This document shows, in pieces, positions 20,916 to 31,254 of a stretch of 64,000 nt of DNA. The position numbers and the translations under genes are program-made. The notes beneath the pieces are model-generated. The model had not been told where the DNA came from. It made no database searches and saw only the letters and a program-made list of their open reading frames with translations. Position 1 is the first letter of the stretch. Each line of letters starts with the position of its first letter. The stretch is from an uncultured Planctomycetota bacterium (GTDB lineage Bacteria; Planctomycetota; Planctomycetia; Isosphaerales; Isosphaeraceae), in assembly GCA_963823665.1 (NCBI GenBank), contig CAWGMQ010000006.1:288001-352000 (forward strand). The letters run 5' to 3'.

Positions 20916-21241
20916 TCAAAGAGCCATTGCGGTCCCGAGACTCGCCCGGACAGCCAGCCAGTCCTGGTCGGAGAGATGGCCCGCGACCTGGTATATGGCG
21001 GTCCTCGGCACGGTCACAACGAAGTTGCGAAACAGCGACGGAACCCGCAATCCGGCGGCGGCCCACTCCGCGAGCGCGTAATGGGTCGCGCCCGTCGGAC
21101 CAGCGATCTGGCTGGTGATAAGACCGAGGATCGCGTCAGGCCGGGTTGAGTGGTATGCGTCAGAAGACACAACTACTGCGGGCCTGCACTTGATACCGGT
21201 CACGCCGGGGAAATCGACGAGACGTCACCTGGTTTCAGCAA
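20916..21241 (-). pseudogene. PemK/MazF-family toxin with a frameshift near 21222
   Basis: TTG start gives LKPGDV, then a shifted frame gives VDFPGVTGIKCRPAVVVSSDAY...ILGLITSQ...AGLRVPS. Confidence 0.72.
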
Positions 21242-21491
21242 GGTTTTCTCCCTCGGTGCATTCCGCTGCGAATAGCCGCGCGGAATAGGCGGTAACATCC
21301 CGCGTGTCTTCTTCATCCCAGGAGTCGCGGATGTCCACGACGCTCTGCGGTGCGATTTCGTTGAGTATGAGCGTGGCCAACCGAAACCGCTCTGACGGCG
21401 GCAACGGTTTGATGGATTCTTGGTAAAGCTGTTCGATCGTCACTTTAGTCGGTCTCGTCAGGAACGGAGGCGTTCGATGAAGTTCCTCCAT
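21225..21491 (-). CDS. Putative antitoxin of the MazF-like toxin
   Basis: Small ORF (IKPLPPSERFRLATLILNEI...SWDEED) overlapping the toxin start. The true start may be internal. Confidence 0.55.
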   Translation of the reverse strand: MEELHRTPPFLTRPTKVTIEQLYQESIKPLPPSERFRLATLILNEIAPQSVVDIRDSWDEEDTRDVTAYSARLFAAECTEGENLAETR

Positions 21492-21610
21492 TCACAGTAT
21501 TCTAGCGAATGAGCCTCCTCGAGCCAATCAGCGCCGTCCTCGCATGGCAACGTATCGAGGCTACTTGCTGTTGCTTGCCTGGTTTTGGCTGTGGACATTG
21601 CGTCATTCGC

Positions 21611-24600
21611 TCATCGCTTCTGGGCTCCTTCTTCCGGAGCAGACTTGATCGCCTCCAGTTCCTTTCGCCATTTCGCGACATCGTCTTTCTTGTTCGTCGC
21701 CTCATACAGTTGCACCAGCCGCTCGCCTGCCTCGATCAGGCGGGGTTTGCTGCGCGGCGGGATCGTCTTCTCACGCTGCTTCATGCCCTCGTAGGCTTGC
21801 AGCAGCAAGGGTTCGGCGTCCGTGTATTTCTGCTGACCGAGCAGAGCGCCGCCGAGCAGGGACCTGGTGTTGAATGTGGCCCAGTCGTCGGACTGCGTTT
21901 TTTCGCGGATCGCCAAGGATTCGCGGAGGGGGGGCTCGGCATCGACCGGCTTGTGCCGCCTGAGGAGGTTCGAGCCCAGCGATTCGAGGTCACCGGCGAG
22001 GATGGGGCTATCGGGACCGACCGTGTCGTGGCGTCTGGCCACGATCTCACGCCAGAGGGGCTCGGCGCGATCCCATCTGCTGAGGGATTCGTGGGCCGTG
22101 GCCAGCGTCGCTGAGGTCTTGAGCGTGGCGGCGTGACGCGGTCCGGAAACTTTGCGCAGGGTCGGGAGCACCTCCTCGAGGATGGCGACCGCCTCGGCTA
22201 TCAGGCCGGTGTCGTGGTAGGCGGCGGCGAGGTTGCTGCGGACGGTGAGCGTCGAGGGGTGTTTGGGGCCTAGCTTCGCGTTCATCGAATTGAGCGTCGC
22301 CTCGAGCAGCGCAATAGCCTCGGCGGTGCGGCCGGCTTCGCCGAAGGCGACGGCCAGGTAGCCGCGGTTGTTGAGCGTGATGGGATTGTCGGACCCGAGG
22401 GATGACTCCATCTGCTTGACGACGGTTTCGTCAAGCGCGATCGCATCGCTGGTGCGACCGGCGGCGCGGTAGGCGCCGGCGAGGTTGCTGCGGACGATGA
22501 GCGTGTTGGGGTGGTTGGGACCGAGCACCGACTGCACGTTCTTCACCAGCGCCTCGTTGATGGCGATCGCTTCGGCCGTGCGTCCGGCGGCGCGGTAGGC
22601 CGTGGCGAGGTTGTTGCGGGCGGCGAGCGTTGCGGGATTGTTGGGGCCCAGCGCGGATTCATTCTGTTTCGCCGCCGTCTCGAGCAGTGGGATCGACTCG
22701 GCCGTGCGTCCCGCGTCCTGGTAAGCGGCCAGGAGGTTGCTGCGGAGAGTCAGCGTGGTGGGATGGCCGGGACCGCGCCTGGCCTCGGCCAGCTTGAACG
22801 CTGCCTCGAACACGGGAATCGCGTCGGCCGGGCGGCCGGCGGCCATGTATGCGGCGGCCAGGCTATCGCGGGCTGTGAGTGTTTCGGGATCATCCGGTCC
22901 CAGCAGCCGCATCAGGCCCTCGGCTCCGGACCGCGCCAGCTCGAGCGTCTCGTCATCGACGCGGCCGCGATGCCGGAGGACATGGGCCAGTCGAACCTGG
23001 GCCTGGTACAACGAGGCTGGGTCGGCATCTGGCCGCCGCGCCAGGTCGAGCGTCGCCCGGAATTCTCGTTCGGCCTTCTCCCACGACGCCAGGCCGTGGA
23101 ATGACTCGGCGAGCGCCTGGCGCACGGCCGCCTCCACCGCCGGCTTGCCGGCGAACCGGCCGCCGACCTTCGGGGCTGCACGATCGAGAACGTCGAGCAA
23201 GGTCACGCGGTCCTCGACCGCGTTGTTGGACGGCTCGGCCTGGGTGAGCAAATCATTTGTGAGGAAATCGTTGATGGCCCGGGCCTTGTCGGCTTCGGCG
23301 CGGGCCTGGCGCTGGGCATTCACAGCGCGGTCGCGGTCGGCGCGAGCCTGCTCTTCGGCGAGCAATGCCCGGCGGGCCTCGGACGTCGCATTGCCGGCCT
23401 CCGTCTTGGCGCGCGCCTCGGCCTTGATCGCGCGGAACGCCTGCCAGGTGCTCACGGCTGTGGCGAGCGCGAGCAGCAAGGCGAAACCGGCCGCCGTGGC
23501 CAGAGCCGCAGCGTGCTTCCAGGCGAATTTCCGCAGGCGATAGGATGCGCTCGGCGGGCGGGCCTCGACGGTGTTTCCTTCGAGGTAGCGCTCGATGTCT
23601 CTGGCCAGGCCGCTGGCAGTTTCGTACCGGCGCTCACGCTCTTTCTCCAGGCACTTCATCACCACCCAGTCCAGATCACCTCGCAGCATTCCCATCAGCT
23701 TGCGTGGCTCGGTCTGGCGCAGGGCTGCCAGCGAGGGTAGTGAGTCGTCCGCTGAAAGACGCGTGCTCGGCTTCGACGGCTCTTCCTCGCGGATGATCCG
23801 GATCATCTCGGTGATCGCCGCCTTCTTGAGTCGTTTTGCGTCGATCGGCCGCAGCCCGGTCAACAGCTCATAGAGAATTACTCCCAGCGAATAGATGTCG
23901 GCTCGTGTGTCAATATCCACGCCCGAGAATCCAGCCTGCTCCGGCGACATGTATTCCAGAGTGCCGATGATCGAGCCGAACTGCGTGGACATCGATTCGT
24001 CGGTGATCTTTCCGGCCGTCGCCTTGGCTACACCAAAATCGATGACCTTGGGCACGGGGCGGCCATCGAAGGTTGTCACGAGAATATTGGCCGGCTTCAG
24101 GTCGCGGTGCACGATGCCCTTCTGATGCGCGTGCTGCACTGCGTGGCAGATCGGAACGAACAGCTCGAGGCGCTCCCCGGGCGTGAGCATCGCCTCGTCG
24201 CAGAACATCGTGAGCGGAACGCCGCTCACCAACTCCATGACGAAGAAGGGCTGGCCGGCGGGCGTCATGCCGCCGTCGAGGACCCGCGCAATGTTGGGGT
24301 GATCCATCATGGCCAGCGCCTGCCGCTCTTGCTCGAAGCGCTGGAGCACAGCTCGGGAATCCATGCCGGGCTTGATGAGCTTGAGCGCGACCTTACGCTT
24401 GACGGGCTCGGTCTGGTTGGCGAGCCACACCTCGCCCATGCCGCCTTCCGCGATCATTTCTTCCAGTGTATAACGGCCGGCGATCACCGCGCCGGCTGCG
24501 AGCATGCCGCCGTGCTCAGTCGCGGGGGTCGCCGCGGCCGCGGCGCTCGTGTGCTTTGCCCCTGCGGGGGCGGGTGTGAACTCTCCGGTTGCGTCGCCGC

Positions 24601-24802
24601 GCCGAGCTGCTGGAGCGGAATCGACGGTTGCTTCCGTGCCGGCGAGTGGTTTACCCAGGAGGTCTGACGTGTCATGCGCGGCAAGGAGGGCTTCGACGGC
24701 GGCGCGAAGCTCCGGCTGGCCGGCGCATGCGGTATCGAGGAACGCGGCGCGCTCGGCGGGTGGTCTCGAGAGTGCTTCGTGAAAGAGCGTCTCTTCGGTC
24801 AT
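21611..24802 (-). CDS. Ser/Thr kinase - TM - TPR (42-aa type) protein
   Basis: IAEGGMGEVW, VALKLIK, HRDLKPAN, DFG, GTLEYMSPE. TM segment AAALATAAGFALLLALATAV. Repeats of GPxHPxTLxxRxNLA. Confidence 0.92.
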   Translation of the reverse strand: MTEETLFHEALSRPPAERAAFLDTACAGQPELRAAVEALLAAHDTSDLLGKPLAGTEATVDSAPAARRGDATGEFTPAPAGAKHTSAAAAATPATEHGGMLAAGAVIAGRYTLEEMIAEGGMGEVWLANQTEPVKRKVALKLIKPGMDSRAVLQRFEQERQALAMMDHPNIARVLDGGMTPAGQPFFVMELVSGVPLTMFCDEAMLTPGERLELFVPICHAVQHAHQKGIVHRDLKPANILVTTFDGRPVPKVIDFGVAKATAGKITDESMSTQFGSIIGTLEYMSPEQAGFSGVDIDTRADIYSLGVILYELLTGLRPIDAKRLKKAAITEMIRIIREEEPSKPSTRLSADDSLPSLAALRQTEPRKLMGMLRGDLDWVVMKCLEKERERRYETASGLARDIERYLEGNTVEARPPSASYRLRKFAWKHAAALATAAGFALLLALATAVSTWQAFRAIKAEARAKTEAGNATSEARRALLAEEQARADRDRAVNAQRQARAEADKARAINDFLTNDLLTQAEPSNNAVEDRVTLLDVLDRAAPKVGGRFAGKPAVEAAVRQALAESFHGLASWEKAEREFRATLDLARRPDADPASLYQAQVRLAHVLRHRGRVDDETLELARSGAEGLMRLLGPDDPETLTARDSLAAAYMAAGRPADAIPVFEAAFKLAEARRGPGHPTTLTLRSNLLAAYQDAGRTAESIPLLETAAKQNESALGPNNPATLAARNNLATAYRAAGRTAEAIAINEALVKNVQSVLGPNHPNTLIVRSNLAGAYRAAGRTSDAIALDETVVKQMESSLGSDNPITLNNRGYLAVAFGEAGRTAEAIALLEATLNSMNAKLGPKHPSTLTVRSNLAAAYHDTGLIAEAVAILEEVLPTLRKVSGPRHAATLKTSATLATAHESLSRWDRAEPLWREIVARRHDTVGPDSPILAGDLESLGSNLLRRHKPVDAEPPLRESLAIREKTQSDDWATFNTRSLLGGALLGQQKYTDAEPLLLQAYEGMKQREKTIPPRSKPRLIEAGERLVQLYEATNKKDDVAKWRKELEAIKSAPEEGAQKR

Positions 24803-24864
24803 GGTGGGGCCCTTCTGATCCGGCTCCGCTCGATCGCCGAGAGGATCTGGGTGACTTCATTCAT
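24799..24864 (-). pseudogene. Internally deleted ECF sigma factor relic (21 codons)
   Basis: Reads MNEVTQILSAIERSRIRRAPP*. The first 12 residues match the N-terminus of the ECF at 54408 (MNNEVTRILGAIE). The stop overlaps the kinase ATG. Confidence 0.7.
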
Positions 24865-25068
24865 CGTTGGTCAGCTTCCAGGCGCTGGCTGCGCCTTCGG
24901 TCTGCGAAGAGGCGCCGTTGTCACGCCACGCCAGTGTAACCGGGCTTCCCCGGGCGAGAAAAGCAGTCGAACCGTGTCCCCTGCGGCGGGGCTCTCTCGC
25001 TAATCCCCGTATCAGCGACGCGAACGACGTCGCGGGACCTGACCCGGAATCCTTTGAGGAGGCACACC

Positions 25069-25488
25069 ATGTTTGCAAAACAGAACTTTTGTCCCACCGG
25101 TGAAGAGCTTGAATCCCGGAGCTTGCTGAATATCGGAACACCAGTGCTAGGCGCGTTTCTCGGGATAGAAAGTCTACACGAGTCCGAGCACCGCGCGATG
25201 GTGCAGCAACGAGTGCATGCCCGAACACTACCGAAGACTTCTGAGCACTCCTCGACGACCACTGTCACGCCGCCTACATTTTCCCGGCAGATACCCGCCG
25301 GTTTGGAGCTGAATTTCACGCCGATGGTGCATCCACACGCGATCCAGATACGGATGTACACGGCGGCAGATCACGTTACGACTGGGTCGGTTCAACAGCT
25401 CGTGCACACGGGCCAGCAGACGCCCTTGACGCTCACCCCTGCCGCGAGCCTGCCTGCCGGCGTGATCGGGGCATTCAACCGTGGATGA
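25069..25488 (+). CDS. Small protein with planctomycete extracellular LESRxLL motif
   Basis: GAGGAGG RBS; MFAKQNFCPTGEELESRSLL. Confidence 0.55.
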   Translation: MFAKQNFCPTGEELESRSLLNIGTPVLGAFLGIESLHESEHRAMVQQRVHARTLPKTSEHSSTTTVTPPTFSRQIPAGLELNFTPMVHPHAIQIRMYTAADHVTTGSVQQLVHTGQQTPLTLTPAASLPAGVIGAFNRG

Positions 25489-25524
25489 TCAACCGCACGA
25501 GCGGCATGATCGGGAGAAAAGCGG

Positions 25525-25549
25525 ACGGCACACGGAGTGTGCCTGCTAC
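25525..25549 (-). repeat. GTAG-type REP-like palindrome
   Basis: Minus strand reads GTAGCA-GGCACAC-TCC-GTGTGCC-GT, in the gap between convergent genes. Confidence 0.6.
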
Positions 25550-25594
25550 ACCGACAGCCGGGCGCATCCGTTGTGGCGACTGTCGGGCGTGGTT

Positions 25595-27865
25595 TCAATC
25601 GAGGTACAAGAACGCGTTCGTATTCAGGGTCAACAGGCAGTACTGCGTCAGTGCACCTGCGGCGTTCAGCCTGCCGTGGGATGCGAGTTGCTTCACGAAG
25701 GCGACATCGCGCGTCACCTCGAGCTTTTCCGGGTTGCGCGAGGTCGTCAGCTTGAGTGCCAGTCGGACCTGGTCCTCGACGCCCTGGGGTGCCTCACGCA
25801 TCAGGCGCTCGGCGAAGCGGGCGGCTTGCTCGTTCGCGAACGAGCCGTTCAAGAGACCGAGGGCTTGCGTCGGCACAGTTGTCGTGTAGCGCACCGGGCA
25901 ACTGAGATCGGTGTCGGCCGAGTCGTGCGTGGCCAGAATCGGCACCAGGAGCGAGCGCTTCACGTGCACGAAGATGCTGCGCCGGGCCGATTCGAGCGGC
26001 GAGGATACCGGCCAGCCCTGTCCGGGCACGGATTGGCCGGCCATCACCTCGGCTGGAATCGGGGGATAGACCGGCGGGCCGCCGGCTTTCAGGTTCAGAA
26101 TGCCGGCGACCAAGAGGATCGAATCGCGAACCTCTTCAGCGGTGAGGCGGCGCATCGGAAATCGCCAGAACCAGCGGTTGGAGGGGTCGCGAGCGAGAGC
26201 GGGCTCGCTTCCCTGCGACGACATCCGATAGACGCTCGAGAGCGCGATCATCCGGTGCATTCGTTTCAGCGTCCAACCGCCGTCCATCAAGTCGGAAGCG
26301 AGCCAGTCGAGCAGCTCGGGATGCGTGGCCGGCTCGCCGAGGCCGCCGAACTCATTGGGTGTGGGCACGATTCCCCGGCCGAAGTGGTGCTGCCAGACCC
26401 GGTTGGCGATGACGCGGGCCGTGCGCGGGTTGCGCGCGTCGGTGAGCCACTCGGCGAGTGCGCCGGCGGCGAGACCGAGGATCATTAACTGCGAACGACG
26501 AGCCGCCCAGGATTTGGGGCACGCCGGGCTCGACGCGGTCGCCGTGGAGCGAGGGATTTCCGCGCAACAGGACGTGGGTCTCGGCCTGGCCGCGCTCGGC
26601 GACCGACATCACCTCAATCGGCGATCCGTCGGCCGCCTTCACCTTCTTCAAGTCCTTGCCGTTCGAATGGGTGACGTTGTGAAAGACGGCGAGCAGGCGA
26701 TAGTAATCGCGCTGAGGAATCGGGTCGACCTTGTGGTCGTGGCAGCGCGCGCAGTTGATCGACATTCCCAGCACGACCTGGGCCGTAGTGGCGAGGACGC
26801 CGTCCAGGCCGTCGTAGCGGGCAAGCTGGCGATCGGCGGGTTCGTCGTCCCAGATGCCGAGGCGATAGAAACCGGTTGCGATCAGCGGACCGGCCGCGCC
26901 GGGAGCGATCTGGTCGCCCGCCAGTTGCTCGCGGACGAACTGGTCGTACGGCTTGTCGTGGTTGAGCGAGGCGATGACGTAGTCGCGATATCGCCAGGCA
27001 AAAGGTTTGGCCGAATCGCGCTCGTAGCCGTTGGTCTCGCCGTAGCGGACCAGGTCGAGCCAGTGGCGGCCCCATTTCTCGCCGTAGTGCGGGCTGGCCA
27101 GAAGGCGATCGGTGAGGCGTTCAAAAGCATCCGGCGCCGGATCGGCGACGAACGCGTCGACCTCTGCCGGCGTGGGGGGAAGACCAGTGAGGTCATATGT
27201 CAGCCGGCGAATCAGTGTTGTTCGATCGGCGGGGGGAGCGGGGGTGAGCCGTTCGGCCTCGAGGCGAACCCGGATGAACGCGTCGACGGGCGTGCGGCAC
27301 CAGGCGTTGTCCTTGACTGGCGGAACTGCTGGGCGGACCAAAGTGCGGAGGGACCAGTCGTCTCGCGGCTTCGGCTTCGCCGGCGTGACGCCGGGCAGGC
27401 GCGCGTTCGACGCTGGGGCGGGGCTATCGTTGGCTGGCGCGAGCCAGCGCTCCAGGGCAAGCCCTCCTTCACCCAGCGCGTGAGGATTTCGATCTCGCGA
27501 GCCGGCAGCTTGCCCGCGGGCGGCATTTCGAGCTCGTCATAGTTGATCGCCTTGACGAGCAGGCTGTGCGAGGGATCTCCGGGCGTGGCGGCTGGGCCGA
27601 GATCACCGCCGCGCAAGATCGCCTCGCGAGTGTCGAGGCGAAACCCACCGCGGATCTTCGGTCCGCCGCCGTGGCATTTGAGGCAATGCTGGGTGAGGAT
27701 CGGCTTGACTTCGGATTCGTAGAGGCGAAGCTGGTCGGAGGTGAATGTCGTGGATGTGCGGCTCTGTTCATCGCCAAGTGCGAGAGAACCGAGGACGACC
27801 AATCCCATGAGGACGGCCGGCGAGGCGATCACGAGGAATATCCCAAGGCCGGCTGAGCCATTCAT
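25595..27865 (-). CDS. Planctomycete cytochrome c + DUF1549 + DUF1553 (PSD1) protein (frameshifts near 27400 and 26485)
   Basis: CLKCH heme motif, [71 protein letters not shown]. Confidence 0.85.
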
Positions 27866-27944
27866 TCTCCCGCGAAACGAAAGACAGAACACCATTTCAC
27901 GATTTTAGTTCAACCTAAGATGGAAGACAATCGGTGCAGGAAGT

Positions 27945-28865
27945 CTATGGGCTCGCAGCGCTCAGCTCGTCGGCGATTGCGATACTCGATTTCGTCCGGT
28001 TTCTTGACCAGAACGGCCGGATGATTTGACCGCTCTGGACGGCGCGAACCATCAAGTAGATGGCCACCGAAGTGCAAACGACGACTGCGAAAATCGATGC
28101 CTCCGCCCCGAACTTGCCGCCTGAGAGAGTTTCCGGCCCCGTGAGCGACGACTCGAGGAGTCCGCGAACAGGCCCGCCCGAAACGGGGACGCCGAAGATT
28201 CCGCCCTGGGTGAAGTTCCAGGCGAAGTGCAGCCCGATCGGCAGCCAGAGCCGGCGGGTCGTGATAAAAGCCGCCGCCAGCAGGATTCCGGCTTCCACGG
28301 CGATGCACAGTGCGGCGAACCAGCTCGATTCCGGATTGAGGATATGAGTAAGACCGAAGAAGGCTGCGGAGATCGCCACCGCGAGCCAGGTCCCGAGTGA
28401 TTCCTCGGTGATCCGAAAAATGACGCCGCGGACGATGATCTCCTCCAGGAAGGCCGAAGCGAAGCCTAACTGCATCAGCGTTGCCGCCGACGGGATTCGC
28501 CCGATCCCCTGCACCCGATAGTACCCGCCCACCCAGAGACAGGCGACCGTCGCGGTAAAGAGACCGAAGCCGATCGCGGCGCCCGTCGCAAACTCGCGAA
28601 GTGCGTTTTTCTTCGAGAGCTCCATGATCGGTCGCCGCTCGAAGAGTCGCACATAGCCGGCGTAGACGAGTATACCCGAGACGATGATGATCAAGGTCGA
28701 AAGAACCACGTACCAGGCTTGCCTCGTCAAGCCGTAAGCCTCGCCGATCGTTCGCGCGGCCACGGATTCCCGGAACGCGACGAGCGCGATCGCAAAAACC
28801 GCGATGATTATCCGGGTCAGCGGGAAGAACAAGATTCTCAAGAAGATTCGCGCGAGGAAACTCAT
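27945..28865 (-). CDS. CPBP (CAAX/Abi) family intramembrane metalloprotease
   Basis: Multiple TM helices; EEIIVRG, FGLTH and HFAWN motifs. Confidence 0.88.
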   Translation of the reverse strand: MSFLARIFLRILFFPLTRIIIAVFAIALVAFRESVAARTIGEAYGLTRQAWYVVLSTLIIIVSGILVYAGYVRLFERRPIMELSKKNALREFATGAAIGFGLFTATVACLWVGGYYRVQGIGRIPSAATLMQLGFASAFLEEIIVRGVIFRITEESLGTWLAVAISAAFFGLTHILNPESSWFAALCIAVEAGILLAAAFITTRRLWLPIGLHFAWNFTQGGIFGVPVSGGPVRGLLESSLTGPETLSGGKFGAEASIFAVVVCTSVAIYLMVRAVQSGQIIRPFWSRNRTKSSIAIADELSAASP

Positions 28866-28882
28866 TCCGATCGTCTCCTTCG

Positions 28883-31002
28883 TTATTTCTCAATCCCCAC
28901 CTGGCTCATCAGCCAGGCGTATTCGAACGCTGTTTCGCGCAAGCGGTCATACCGGCCGGAGGCGCCTCCGTGGCCGGCGCCCATGTTGCACTTGAGAAGG
29001 AGAGGATTGTTGTCGGTTTTGAGCGACCGGAGCTTGGCCACGTACTTGGCCGGTTCCCAGTACATGACCTGGCTGTCGTTGAGACTCGTCGTCACCAGGA
29101 TTGCTGGGTAGACCTTTTTTTCGAGGTTATCGTACGGGCTGTACGAGCGCATGTACTCGGCGGCGGCCTTCTCATTGGGATTGCCCCATTCGAGATATTC
29201 GCCGACGGTCAGCGGCAGGCTCGAATCCATCATGGTGTTCATCACGTCGACGAACGGCACGGCTGCGTGGACGGCCTTGAACAAGCCGGGCTCGAGGTTG
29301 GTCACGGCGCCCATCAAGCAGCCCACCGGCGCTGCCGCCTTCGATCACCAGTCGGTCGGGGCTCGTCCACTTGTTGGCGATCAGCCATTTCGCGCTGTCG
29401 ATGAAATCAAAAAACGTGTTCTTTTTCTTCATGAGCATGCCGTCGTCGTGCCATGCCTCGCCCATCTCGTTGCCGCCGCGAATGTGGGCGATCACGTAAA
29501 CCATGCCTCGATCCAGGAGACTGAGCCGGTTCGAGTTGAAGCTCGCTTGCATGCCCGCGCCATACGAGCCGTAACCGTAGAGGAAAAGCGGGGCGGAGCC
29601 GTCTCCCTTCATTCCCTTACGAAAGGCGATGGACAGTGGAATCTTCACACCATCGCGCGCGACGGCCCATGCGCGCTCGGTGGCGTAAAGCTCCCGGTCA
29701 AATTGGGGAACTTCCAGACGCTTGCGCAGCACTCGCTCGCGGCTCGCCATGGTGTAGTCGTATACGCTCAGCGGTGTGATCATGCTTTGATAGCTGAAGC
29801 GGAACGTGGGCGAGGTGAAATCGGGTGTCTCGGAGGCGAAAGCCGCGTAGACGCTTTCCGGCAGATTGACGTCATGCCAGAGGCCGGTTTCGAAGTCGAG
29901 CACGCGGAAGTGATTGAGCGCCGCGGATTTTTCGGACGCGACCAGGTTGTTCTTGAATATCTCGATTCGTTCCAGAAGCACATCTGTACGGTGGGCGAGC
30001 AGTTCTTTCCAGTTCTCCGGCGACGGGCTTGCGACCGGTACCGTGACCAGGCGGAAGTTCTTGGCGTCTTTATTGGTGCGCAGGTAGAAGAGTCCGTCGC
30101 GGTGCTCGACGGTGTACTTGTGGCCCTTCTGGCGCGGCAGCACGACTTGAAAGGGCGCGTCCGGCTGATCCCTCATCAGATGGCGAACTTCGTAGGTATC
30201 GGTGCTCGTTGATCGCAGGAAGAGCATCTTTTTATCTTTGCTGGCTCCCAGGTGAATACTGAACAGCTTGTCTTTTTCCTGGTAGATCGGTTCGCTCTCG
30301 TCAGCGAGCGTATGCCGCCAGAGGATGTTGGTCCGCTTGGTGACGGGGTCTTCCGTCGTGTAGAAAAGAGTTCGGTTATCCGCGGCCCATTCCACTGAAG
30401 TGACTCGCTCGACGGAATCCGGCAGCGTGGCTCCGGTGCGGAGGTCTTTGACGTGCAGGCGATACTGGCGGAAGCCGGTGGTATCGACGGTGTAGGCGAG
30501 TAAGTTCGCATCGTCGCTAACTTCGAAGGCGCCCACTGAGAGGAACTTGAGGTCCTTGGCGAGCTCGTTGGCGTCCAAAAGAACTTCCTCGGGGCCATCG
30601 CCGCCGAACGCGCCTCCAGGCGTGGCCTTCTTGCGGCAGCGGATCGGGTATTGTTTTCCTTCCTCGGTGCGCGACGTAGTAGAAGTAGTCACCGAGGCGA
30701 ACCGGGACGTCTTGATCGGTCTGCTTGATGTGGCCGAGCATTTCCTGATAGAGGGTCTCGGCGGAGGGCTTCAGTCCCTTCGTCATGGCCTCGGTGTAGG
30801 CATTCTCGGCTTCGAGGTACTTGACGACGGCGGGGTTGGTTTTCTCTCGGAGCCAGAAGAACGGGTCGTTCACTTTTTCGCCGTGCCAGACGGTGATGTG
30901 CTCGACCTGCGGGGCCGCGGGTGGCTGAGATGGGCTTTGAGGGTGGGCCGTGCTCGAGAAGGCGACGAATGCGGCCATGAAGACACCTGAGTAGAGACGC
31001 AT
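28883..31002 (-). CDS. ptrB: S9A oligopeptidase B (protease II), signal peptide, frameshifts near 30675 and 29320
   Basis: DPFFWLRE, LYGYGSYG, HIRGGNEMG, GGSAGG nucleophile, VPFVDV, NDSQV, GHGGASGRY. Confidence 0.85.
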
Positions 31003-31254
31003 GGAACTTTCCTTTCGCAAAGCCGCAACGGGCAGATCCGAGACCGAGCGTCCTGCAAACGCGGCTCGATTGCGTAGTAGTATTTCCGGTTTTCAGCCGC
31101 CACGCTAGCCGAGTCGTAGAGGTCGGTCTGATGGGCGACCGAATCTGGGTTGAGGATCCCAAGAATTCGCGGCTCCCGCCCGAGGCCCGAAACAGTTTCC
31201 GAATCAATGGGAAAGGCGGCGAGGGTCCGACCGGCATTCTTATCCCGGGTGGGC

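Noticed and set aside
27945..28865. CPBP/Abi protease as an abortive-infection or bacteriocin-immunity gene
   Set aside because: The family name alone is not evidence; its context (downstream of ptrB) looks like ordinary peptide metabolism.
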